A DNA stretch of 64,000 nucleotides. Source: Anthoceros angustus (lineage: Eukaryota > Plantae > Anthocerotophyta). This document shows, piece by piece, positions 1 through 9,897 of the stretch. The position numbers and the translations under genes are program-made. The number at the start of each line of letters is the position of its first letter. Position 1 is the stretch's first letter. Location: NCBI GenBank assembly GCA_010909165.1, contig VJWM01000151.1, positions 248,001-312,000 on the forward strand, given 5' to 3'. Under the pieces are notes generated by a model that made no database searches, was not told the origin of the DNA, and saw nothing but the letters and a program-made list of their open reading frames with translations.

Positions 1-1444
1 TCCCAATCAACTGCCCTTTTTTCCATTCATTCGGAATAGGCTCAGCCCTCACACCTTCTGCTCGGGCTGGCCGAGGCGACTGCGGCATTGATACATACTG
101 AGTTGGATGGGCAAAAGGAGGGGCGTTGGTATAAGCTGGAGGGGGTAGAGGTAGAGGATGTGCCATCATTCTCTCATCATGCCAACCGGGTGAATCAGAG
201 CCCCTCCCACCAACAACAGGGTGCAAAGGAGAGACTGTAGCACTCTGACCTCGTGAACTTGGACCTGGGCTCCGCAGTCTTGGGCTTAGGATGGGAGATC
301 TCTCTGGACTGGTTTTCTGCCAGAGAAAGTGATCTCCAACCGAAGAATTATGACCAGAGTTGTAGACCGAGCCCGGATTAGAGCCTTGGGCTTCTGTGCT
401 CTTGGAGTGCCAATAAGCATTTAGAGCTCCCTGGTCTTGCTGGGTAAGCCTTCTCGGACTGCGAGAGGGACTCGACATGGAACTGTCAGGTGCACTAAGC
501 AAACCATTCACATGTGGTATATGCAGGGGAGGAAGCTCTCCAGGTCGCCTAGAAGAAGTCACTGCCGGTTGCCCACCCAGATGAGGACTGGCCGGACGGG
601 ACAGATCAACCCGTGACAGATCAACCCGGGAATTCCTTCTGCTGTGCTTCGGAGTAGGCTGGACAGAGCCAATTTGCTGAATTCTGAATACCAGAAAGGA
701 AACACCGGTTATCACATGAAGGCGACATTCAATACGAGGAAGTGGACTCCCACATAAGGTACAGTCAACACGGCAACTATCTTCAGAGTAACCACGCACA
801 CCACCATCTTGGACTAGACAGCAAGACAAGCAGCAGCCGAGAGTAAAGAGCAAACAATGAAGTGATGAATCTTACTGAAGTGGTCGTGCAGCATCGATCA
901 TTTCCCCATCTTGGGGTGGCCTCAGGTTGGAGATGCGATTAGACACACCAAGTGGCCATGGTTCGGCACCCACTTGGTCTCCACTGGCTACGGAGCTGAC
1001 ACTGGAACCCGAACCCGAACCACAGCCAGAAGTCAACCCGTCAACATCTCCAGGCTCCAATTTGGCCGCCAACTGCTGATAGGAATGCGAAGGCATCGAA
1101 GATCCATGCTGAGGCAAGTAACCAAGTTGCACGTGCAGGGGGACCTGCGAGGAAAGTTGCACACCAGAATGTGTCCTTCCCAAAGGAGGCGCACAAGGCA
1201 AGGGAAGAGGGGTTCCATGCGAGGGACGATCTCTGAAACTAGGAGAGCGTGTGGCTGGGGTAGGAGGAGAAGGCGACCTGGGGGACTCGGCTTCAGACGG
1301 CAGATCTAAGCTCTGCCTGGACCTTCTAGAACTACTATCATCCTCCGATTGACTATGCTTAGGTCTGCTTCTCAGTATCTTCGGGAGACGAGTCTGAGAG
1401 CCATCAGCCTTGGGCTCCTTCGGAGACTTCTGCCACCAGGGCAT
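1..1444 (-). CDS. YDA: YODA-type MAP kinase kinase kinase, 5' part: exon 1 1444-876, intron 875-684, exon 2 683-<1; continues off the window
   Basis: ATG at 1444 gives MPWWQKS. A GTAAG donor (875) and TTCAG acceptor (684) join in frame. Exon 2 translates SAPDSSMSSPSRSPRR...SGHNSSVGDHFLWQKTSPERSPILSPRLRSPGPSSRGQSATVSPLHP...HPLPLPP...WKKGQLIG, matching the YODA N-terminal regulatory region and the start of kinase subdomain I. Confidence 0.85.
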
Positions 1445-2520
1445 TTTCGGGATCCACAAGACCTAGCACTCAACCTAATGCTACGCCCCACACTTCAGCT
1501 CCAACATCCTTCTTTCCTCGCGGACCCTGCATACACCAGCTCATAGATATCTAAGCCCCTGCCAACCCCTGCCAAGTCAGGTACCCGACCTCCAGACCTA
1601 GAAGCCCTGCACAATGAACCCTCGCCCTGTGCAACAAGCACACGATCGAGTCCATGCCCTCCCCGTCTCAGTCCGTCACCAATCCTAACCCCTGTCCACT
1701 GCATTCCTCCCACAATTTACTCCATAACGTGTCCCCGCTCTTCATATCCTCAACCTATCAAAATCAAAGCAACATCACCATCGCCCACCACCACTCCTAC
1801 CCCCTCCACCATACACACATCTCCCCCCCGCAGCCGTAGGCCCTAACCTCCAAATGCGCGCAACTTCATCGCTCTAACTCTTCCACAGTCCCCAAAATGA
1901 CACTCCCAGAAAAGGCCGTAGTCCAGCCTCCGGCCTCTCCAGCACATGATCTCCACTAGACCCACCATCCTCCAAAAGCCCAAATCCCGATCCCCCTCCT
2001 CCACACCCTAACCCGGCCAATGCCAGCACGGCAGCTCACACCACGGCAAACCCACCCACCGTCTCCACCTCCTCCCCCATCCCAAACCCAAATTCAAAAT
2101 CCTCCCGCCTACAAACCCAACATCCTCCTTTCCTCGCTCTCTCCCTCCTCCCCACGACCCACCACCCACTTCCCAAGCGAATTAACGCGCCACCACGAGC
2201 TCCAGCACCAGCTCCAGCTCACTCCCCAATCCGAGCCCCTCAGTTCCCCAAACCCTCCCTCCCATCCAGAGGCTCCCAATGCGCTCCGGCCCGGCCCGAC
2301 CCGCCCGCAGCTGCAGGGAAACCTCTCGATTCCGGGCTCACAGACCGGGCAGGGCGAGGGCGAGATCGGGGCCCCGCAGGCGGGCCCGGCCCAGAATGCA
2401 AATGCGCGTGGGGAGCGGGCGGCAGCAATGCAGCCGAGTAGCAGGTAATTTCGCGGAAGGCAGGAATGCGATTGGCCGGCGGTGTCGATCTCAGCGAGCT
2501 GGTACAAAGCATCGACAGCT

Positions 2521-2541
2521 GCAGCAGCAGCAGCAGCAGCA
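2521..2541. repeat. (GCA)7 microsatellite in the upstream/leader region of the MAPKKK
   Basis: gcagcagcagcagcagcagca read directly. Confidence 0.9.
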
Positions 2542-3317
2542 AGAGCAAAGCAGGACTCGGAGCCGCAGCTGCAGCTGCAGCAATCGGAGGCGAGAGCGAG
2601 GCAACCGGGGCGAGGCGACATGAGAGAGAAAGCCCCCGGGTGCACTTACTTTCACTTTTCAGCCCACCCCGACAGTGCTGTTACTCTGAGGATGCAACGT
2701 AACTTTCTATGACATCCCATCATCATTCATGAATCATTCACGACTGACAATTCTCACACTGGATGTCGGATACATATCTAGAAGCCACACGCATCACATC
2801 TTTGTCCATAAAGAATGAACGTTATATTTTTTAGTATTTATTATATAACTTTAAAATTTCTTGTATATCCTTTCATGTAGTATCATATTCACGTGTACAC
2901 AAAATAGCAGAATTAATATTCTGACCTAAAAACCTAGGGAAGTTGGTTTTTCGCTATAGATCTTTAGTATATTTTATTTGTTTGTCTACGTGGTCCAACT
3001 TAGACATGTAGAATACTATTACCTACTTCCTCTTTTGTGAGAGACATTTATATATCTACGTTTTAATTCTGGCCATGGTTGTTCATTCTCTTGTACTAAG
3101 ATCATGCCTTCGGAAAATACCTTATTTGCTAAAATATATTTTTACATATAAAGAAATTAGGCAAAATTTGTCTAGCTCTATGTTCTTCTGAATGTTTCAA
3201 ACGCCGGACAAATGTTTTTCAACATGCTGCCCAAAGGTACAATAGTTTATTTCTCACAAAAAATTTTATAGAATATAGAGGCAACAAAACTATATTCAAG
3301 TGCAAACTTATTGTCAC

Positions 3318-4451
3318 AACTTAAATGTGTTGCTAGTTTTAGCAGTGCCCCTAGCTATATGTAGAGGGCCTTGCTCCTCTATACTAAGACTTTGTGCAAT
3401 GAACGAGGCTGTACCTCTGACTCATGAACGGAGCTCCAGGGTATATCCAGGGTATACCCTGGGGTAAGACATTGGGTCGAGGTCAAAGACAGGTCAGATC
3501 TTGAATACCCCATGTTGCAGATCACTTCTTTGACATATTGGTTTTTGACTACTTGCAGTTTTGGCAGACTCCTTCTCTATCCATGGAAGCATAAGTAACT
3601 AGTATGACAGAGGAGCTTGGGAGAAACTAAAGGGAAGAAGGGTTCTTGCGGGCAAAAGGGCAATGTTTTCTTTTATGTATAGTTTCCTACTACCTTCACT
3701 TCCTTTCCTATTCCTATTCATCAATTTTGAAACACACTTCATACTAGATCCTAACTGGGAATGTTGGTACAGATGTGTATCACACCCAGGTGTGGTGGTT
3801 GTGGTGTATGCACGAGGCAAGGCCCACAGTCCTTCACATGCTGCTTGCTATCAGAGACACGTCTCGCCAGGGGTACCAGATGTCAACTACTTCCTTCCAC
3901 AAAGGTAACAGACTCTCTTTATGCAGTTGGGTCCTAACCCCTCTCTTCTACACCCGCTATAGCATGTGGCACTGTACCTTCACGATTCCTCTTTACAAAA
4001 TGCAGAGACTCACACAATGGACTCATCTTGCTATAGCAGAGTGAGTCTGGCTTTTATCGTAGCTACATTTTGGTATGATAAGGGCCAGCCATGTAAGTAG
4101 CTCGTGATGGCTCACGAATGCACAGGCGTATCAACTACCACAGGTGTTGCTATGAGGGTATGAAGTTCGGCATTCAAGGCATTCCAACTCTCAACACACT
4201 CACTCCACCTTGAATGTATCCTACAGGAGGAATGGCGTCACCCAAGATTGACTAGCAACAGAATGTTCAACACACACCAGCAAGGCAACATGTTTAGCAA
4301 GCGACACACAAGGCTAATACCCTGGAGCTTGGAAGCTCCGTTCATGAGCCAAAGACACAACCTCGTTCATTGCCCACAGTCTTAGTAGAGAGTAACAAGG
4401 CCCTCTACATAAAGCTAGGAGCACTGCTAAAAATGGCGACACATTTAAGTT
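3318..4451. mobile_element. Non-autonomous TIR element (MITE/MULE-like) with ~130-bp terminal inverted repeats
   Basis: 3318-3444 (aacttaaatgtgt...ttttagcagtgcccctagct...tcatgaacggagctccagggtat) is the imperfect reverse complement of 4317-4451. There is no internal coding capacity, and no TSD was resolved. Confidence 0.7.
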
Positions 4452-4557
4452 TTGGCGCCATTGAAATCCTAAAGATAACACGCCTTTATTGGCCACACAA
4501 ATCCAATTCATGCCGTCCACATTCTTTCATCCACACAACCTATATTCTCTTTTGTGT

Positions 4558-4650
4558 TTCAAACGCGGGACAACGCATTTTCTTGGCAGTGTTTTTCTTC
4601 TTTTCTTCTCTCTAATTGCATACCCTAAGTCGTCCCTAGGCGCGAGCAGG
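4558..4650 (+). repeat. Left arm of a ~90-bp inverted repeat flanking the PPR gene
   Basis: ttcttctctctaattgcataccctaagtcgtccctagg matches the reverse complement of 7490-7585 (cctagggacgacttagggtatacgattggagagaagaa). Confidence 0.75.
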
Positions 4651-5020
4651 AGAGCCAGGAAAGGTTCTACGTGATTCTTGCATTTATTACGCAGGCTAAG
4701 AGGCAAAATGCTACCGAGCAGGCTTGGAGGCCCAGGGTGTGAGCAGGAGAGAAGTGGAATCTTGCAGGAATTCAGTGAGGGAATGCGGGGGTGTCCAGAA
4801 TGATGCGCGAAGATATCCGCAGTCTCTACATGGCCGTGTTCAAGAACCTTCCACAGGGGGACGCCTGTTATTGGAACTAGGGAGGCGAGTTGGCACGGGC
4901 CCAACTTGCCATGAGCAAAACGCGGAAGTTCGCGACAAGGACGGATGTTGGTGACAAGAGCCCTAAAGCTCTTGTTCACAGGCTGTAACAGCCACAACAA
5001 GCTTGTGGCCACTCAATCCA

Positions 5021-7381
5021 TCAATGCCGATCCCCACATGAACACAGGCCATCCACGAAGTGATGCACCCGATGTAAATCTCTGACAATAATCTCCCGCT
5101 TTTCCAGGCTTGATAAGATCTTGGTGCTGCTGTGGCAATCGTCGCACATGCGGAGGTTCTTGGTGACCACCAAAGTTGAGCCATCCGGAGTGTTCAAAAG
5201 ACCATACGCCAATGCCAGTTTCTCAGCATGTCCACATAATGCGTCTTCCTTTTCAGTCTCACTCATTGCCTTGAGCACCACCTCCGTATGTGGAACGTGT
5301 CCTCCCTTCTCTTTCAGCCGCAAATTCATACTTTTTAGCTTGGAGGACAGGTCACCCCTCTCGTCCCCCACAACAAACTCCTGCACCTTTTTGTCTACCT
5401 CAATCCACGCAACAGCAGCCTTCCTTCGGGCAGAAGCAGATTTTCGCAAAGTCTCTATTCTTTGTACATCGTCCCACCTGCCAAGCTTAGCGTAAGTACC
5501 TGCCAGGAGTACATAAGGGGTTGCATTTTCAGGGTCCAGTTTGATTAGTTTGTCAAAACACCGATTTCCCCGCTCGACATCACCATGGGTTTGGCACGCA
5601 GTCAAAAGAGCTATCCAGGCCACTAGATCTTCCTGCGACATGGATTGCAGCAAACTTTCTGCATCGTCAAGGCACCCTGACCGCCCAAGCAGATCAACCA
5701 TGGAAGTGTAATGACCCACATTGGGCACAATTCCATACTTTTCTTGCATCATTTTGAAGTACCCCCTGCCCTCGTTCACCAAGCCCTGGTGACTGCATGC
5801 CACCAGCAGAGAGATGAAAGTCGCACCATCGGGCCCTACACCTTCTTGACGCATCTCCTCAAAACACTTAATTGCAGTCCGACCATCGCCGTGCATAGCA
5901 AAGCCGTTCATCAATGCATTCCATGTTACCACATCTTTTGTGGGCATTGCATCAAAAGCTCTGCGAGCATCATCTAAGCTCCCACATTTCACGTACATGT
6001 CCACCAGGCTGTTCCCCACAAACAAATCTGGCTTCAAGCCCTTTTTGCTCATTTGCGAGTGGAGCTCCTTTCCCAGATTGACAGCTCCAACACTTGCACA
6101 TGCTTTCAGGAGTGCGGCTAACACGAAGTTATCAGCTGGAATGAGGTTGTCCTGTTTCATACTTGAATAAAGAGCAAGGGCCTCTTGGCCAAATCCATGC
6201 TGGACGTAGCCTGTGATCATGGCAGTCCATGTGACCACATCTTTGGCGGGCAGATTATCAAAGATTCTTCTAGCATCTTTTAAACTCCCACATTTTGCAT
6301 ACATGTCAACCAGGCAGCTGCCAACCATCATATCACCTTCCAGGCGCCTTTCCTGAATCAGTCCATGAACTTGTTGCCCACGATCAAGAGCACCAACACT
6401 GGCACATGCTTTCAAGAGACTCACGAAAGTGGACCGATGGGCTGGACTGATGCCCTCTTGCTGCATACGTGCAAAGAGACTGAGGGCTTCAGCACCCAAC
6501 CCATGCTGAGCATATCCTCCTACCATAGCAGACCATGATACCTCATTTTTTCTGGACAATCCGTCGAACACTGCTCGTGCCTCCTTCAAATTCCCACATT
6601 TCGCGTACATGCTTAACAAACTATTACCTACATATACATCATTAGGATCACATGTGCTCCCCTTAAAATCAGTATGCACATCCTTTCCACTGGCCAAATC
6701 TGCAGCAGAAGCGCAAGCCTTGAGAACTGCCACATACACATGGCTGTTTGGCTTCACAGCCGTTTCCTGCATCTGGTGAAAGAGCTCGATAGCCTGTTTG
6801 GGCTTTCTATGTCGAGCATAAGCTGAGATAATGGCAACCCACATATGCGTGTTCGGCTCACGCACTTTGTCAAACACCTGTCTTGCTTCCTCCAACTGCC
6901 CAAGACCAGCATACATAGCAATAATGTGGGTGGCCAAGAATGCATTCGACTCATACCCATTCTTCAAAGCAAGGTCATGAACGCGCCTCCCAGTACCCAA
7001 ATCCTTCCGTTCCATGCACATCTTCAGAATACCGTAAAACAGACCAGTGTCAACAGGATGCCCTTGCTGGACCAGGACCTCCAGCACCTGCACAGACTTA
7101 GCGAGCTGCCCCTGATTGCACAGCTTGGTGCAAGTTGCCACCATCTGGTCTGCCATTTTCAATTTGGACTGCCTGTCCACAACATGTAAACCTGCCTCCA
7201 TCTTGCCCCTGCCGGGCTCCCCGGACTGCACGGGTGCCACATAAGGATGGACCCGCTGCCTCTCAATTGGCACCGCAATTTTGCTCTTCTCCGAACCTTG
7301 CGGTGCCGCCAAAGCACACCATGTCCTGGAGAAGGCCCTGTGGGTCCCTCTCCGTGAAGAAACCAGAAATCGCAACACCAT
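5021..7381 (-). CDS. PLS-class PPR-E1-E2-DYW organellar RNA-editing factor, DYW:KP/'DRH' variant; intronless, ~786 aa
   Basis: First ATG at 7381 gives an R/S/L-rich, acid-free N-terminus (MVLRFLVSSRRGTHRAFSR, transit-peptide-like). About 14 P-L-S motifs are followed by E1/E2, then KAAVAWIEV (no PG box), HAEKLALAYG, CDDCH and a CSCGDRH end. Confidence 0.93.
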   Translation of the reverse strand: MVLRFLVSSRRGTHRAFSRTWCALAAPQGSEKSKIAVPIERQRVHPYVAPVQSGEPGRGKMEAGLHVVDRQSKLKMADQMVATCTKLCNQGQLAKSVQVLEVLVQQGHPVDTGLFYGILKMCMERKDLGTGRRVHDLALKNGYESNAFLATHIIAMYAGLGQLEEARQVFDKVREPNTHMWVAIISAYARHRKPKQAIELFHQMQETAVKPNSHVYVAVLKACASAADLASGKDVHTDFKGSTCDPNDVYVGNSLLSMYAKCGNLKEARAVFDGLSRKNEVSWSAMVGGYAQHGLGAEALSLFARMQQEGISPAHRSTFVSLLKACASVGALDRGQQVHGLIQERRLEGDMMVGSCLVDMYAKCGSLKDARRIFDNLPAKDVVTWTAMITGYVQHGFGQEALALYSSMKQDNLIPADNFVLAALLKACASVGAVNLGKELHSQMSKKGLKPDLFVGNSLVDMYVKCGSLDDARRAFDAMPTKDVVTWNALMNGFAMHGDGRTAIKCFEEMRQEGVGPDGATFISLLVACSHQGLVNEGRGYFKMMQEKYGIVPNVGHYTSMVDLLGRSGCLDDAESLLQSMSQEDLVAWIALLTACQTHGDVERGNRCFDKLIKLDPENATPYVLLAGTYAKLGRWDDVQRIETLRKSASARRKAAVAWIEVDKKVQEFVVGDERGDLSSKLKSMNLRLKEKGGHVPHTEVVLKAMSETEKEDALCGHAEKLALAYGLLNTPDGSTLVVTKNLRMCDDCHSSTKILSSLEKREIIVRDLHRVHHFVDGLCSCGDRH

Positions 7382-7489
7382 CGCCACGCCTCGTGGGCCA
7401 GCTCCCACCTACTGCCTGGCGTCACATCCCCGAGTTCAAGTTTCAAGTTCAAGTTTCATCGATAACGTCTCGCGCTGATGAACTCGCAC

Positions 7490-7585
7490 CTGCGCGCCCT
7501 TCCTAGGGACGACTTAGGGTATACGATTGGAGAGAAGAAGAAGAAAAGCACCGACAAAAAAACACGTTTCCGCACTGTTTGATTC
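7490..7585 (-). repeat. Right arm of the inverted repeat, immediately upstream of the PPR start
   Basis: Reverse complement of 4558-4650. Confidence 0.75.
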
Positions 7586-7589
7586 CAGC

Positions 7590-8320
7590 GCAGGCGAAGA
7601 AGTGGGTTGTCTGCTGCTATCTTGTTGGCCTGGATGAGGAAGTCTCCCGGGAGCTCCGGTGTAGCATTGGCTATGGATGATATGGTCGTTCTGCCTTTGA
7701 ATAGATCCGCATGGGCTAGTCTGCATGGTGTGATTGCTGGGCAGCTAAAGAGAAATTGCTGTTCATCATCAACTTCCTTGAGGTTGCATCTGAGGCAGAC
7801 CCGTTCAGCCCTGGGCATGTGCCGTCTCCCGAGAATGCTCCTTCGCCGGTGGCCACGTGTCCTGAATCTTGATATACCCCGTTGTCAGGTTGGTAGGCAG
7901 TGGTACTCTGAGGTAGTCCTGCAACTGGTAGACTTCCGAGTTCGTGATTGATGCCATATAGAACCGCATGTCCGTTTTTCGTGATGGGCAGCCCCCAAAT
8001 GCTGCACAGGTTTGCATCCTCAATGCCTTTTATCTGTTAGGCCAGCTTGCGGGTGTGACGGAAGGTTCCATCTTTCCAACCAGCCAGCCATGTTATGCAG
8101 CCAACCGTTCAGTTTCCAATTCCAGTTTGGGCTGACAGTATGAGTGCTTGCACAGCCAGGGTATCTGTCCGCGAGTTGTACACCGTGTCCCGGAACCTGA
8201 CTGCCTGTTTGAGGGAGATGGTTTCCAAGGGGTATGCTCCGAGTTCAGCCAGTAGGACGGACCTTGATGTCTGCTGGCTGACCCCAAGGTGGTTGCGTAT
8301 GAAGTCAATCTGCAGTTCTG
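7590..8320 (-). mobile_element. 5'-truncated non-LTR retrotransposon (LINE) ORF2 C-terminal remnant
   Basis: Minus strand reads LGVSQQTSRSVLLAELGAYPL and ERVCLRCNLKEVDDEQQFLFSCP, typical post-RT and Cys/His zinc-knuckle motifs of LINE ORF2. Confidence 0.7.
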
Positions 8321-8324
8321 CTGC

Positions 8325-9335
8325 TGCTCCGAGTCCTGCTTTGGCTCTTGCTGCATCTGCTTCTGCTGCTGCAGGTGCTGATGCTTTGTGCCAGCTCGCT
8401 GCGATCGACCCCGCCGGCGAAACGTTGCGCGTTCCCGCCTTCCGCGAAATTGCCTGTTACTCGGCTGCATTGCTGCCGCCCGCTCCCCATGCGCATTTGC
8501 ATTCTGGGCCGTGCCGGCCTGCGGAATCCCGATCTCGCCCTCGCCCTGCCCGCTGTGTGAGCCCGGAATCGAGAGGGTTCCCTGCATATGCGGGCGGGTC
8601 TGGCCGGAGCGCATTGGGAGCCTCGGGAGGGGCGGGATGGGAGGAAGGGTTTGTTGGGGAGTGAGCTGGAGCTGGTGCTGGTGCTGGATCTCGTGGTGGC
8701 TCGTCAATTCGCTTGGGCAGTGGGTGGTGGGTGGTGGGGAGGCGGGAGAGAGGGAGGAAAGGAGGATGTTGGGTTTGTAGTCAGGAGGATTTTGAATTTG
8801 GGTTTGGGATGGGGAAGGAGATGGAGACGGTGGGTGGGTTTGCCATGGCGTGACCTGCCGTGCTGGCACTGGCCGGGTTAGGATGTGGAGGAGGGGGATC
8901 GGGATTTGGGCTTTTGGAGGATGGTGGAGGCGCATCTGGCGCCTGAATGCTTATTGGCTCTCCAAGAGCACAGAAGCTCTAGGCTCTAGTCCGAGCTCGG
9001 TCCACAACTCTGGACATGATTCTTCGGTTGGAGATCACTTTCTCTGGCAGAAAACCAGCCCAGAGAGATCTCCTTACACCCTGTTGTTGGTAGGAGGGGC
9101 TCTGATTCACCCGGTTGGCACGATGAGAGGAAGACGGCACATCCTCTACCTCTACCCCCTCCAGCGTATACCAACGCCCCTCCTTTTGGCCATCCAACTC
9201 AGTATGTATCAATGTCGCCGTCGCCTCGGCCAGCCCGAGCAGAAGGTCCGAGGGCCGAGCCTCTTCCAAATGATTGGAAACTGCGGCAGATGATTGGGAG
9301 TGGGACGTTGGGTGTTATGTGGAGTTTCACTCGTT
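8325..9335 (+). pseudogene. Inverted, internally deleted duplicate of the YODA-like gene (leader fused to exon 2/kinase start)
   Basis: 8325-8930 is the diverged reverse complement of ~1960-2580. 8943-9335 is the reverse complement of ~423-1 and continues into WKLRQMIGSGTLG. Exon 1 is missing. Confidence 0.88.
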
Positions 9336-9346
9336 ATTCGGCAAGT

Positions 9347-9535
9347 AGAAGAATAAAGAAGAATTTTATTTAAGTCCACTAAGGACGAAAATGTCATGGG
9401 ACTTGGTACTTAACAACTTTGTATCATAGTGTACCTAAGCCACTTGCACCAAGCGCACCCACTCCCTTTAGACACCCCATCTAAATACCGATGTGAGCGC
9501 AGGATGCTTAATAACGACGTTGTTATAAATGTGTG
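9347..9535 (-). mobile_element. Short interspersed repeat (SINE or LINE 3' end) with AATAAA and (TTC)n tail
   Basis: Reverse complement is homologous to 16067-16540. Both end cgtccttagtggactt(a/c)aataaaattcttc. Confidence 0.6.
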
Positions 9536-9897
9536 TCCATTTGGCCTAAGCCATTTGGACACATTGAATAAGTAGCAATTTCAAGAAGAAACTTTAAGCT
9601 AAGTACGTATCGCGTTTCCGAAATGATTCTGGCAGATGGGGCTTGGCGAAGCATGATGAGCTCGCATGCGATCTGAGACGCGTCTCGACCGTGTCTCGGC
9701 GTCTTCTTCACGATCGGCGTCTTGTCTTGATCGCGTCCGGGGTCTTGGCCTAATCGCGTCCGGCGTCTTGGCTTGATCGCGTCCCGCGTGTCGACAGGAT
9801 TTCACGGTGACGTCCGCTGTGTGAGTTTGTGTTGGAAGGTCTGAATTCCACTGTTGCCTGCTGCGACTGATTGGCGGCAGGACTGTGCGCAGGCAAG

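Noticed and set aside
2020-2712. Overlapping Pro/Gln/Ala-rich ORFs (also 8093-8935)
   Set aside because: Low-complexity, GC-rich leader DNA open in many frames; frames are not preserved between the two copies.
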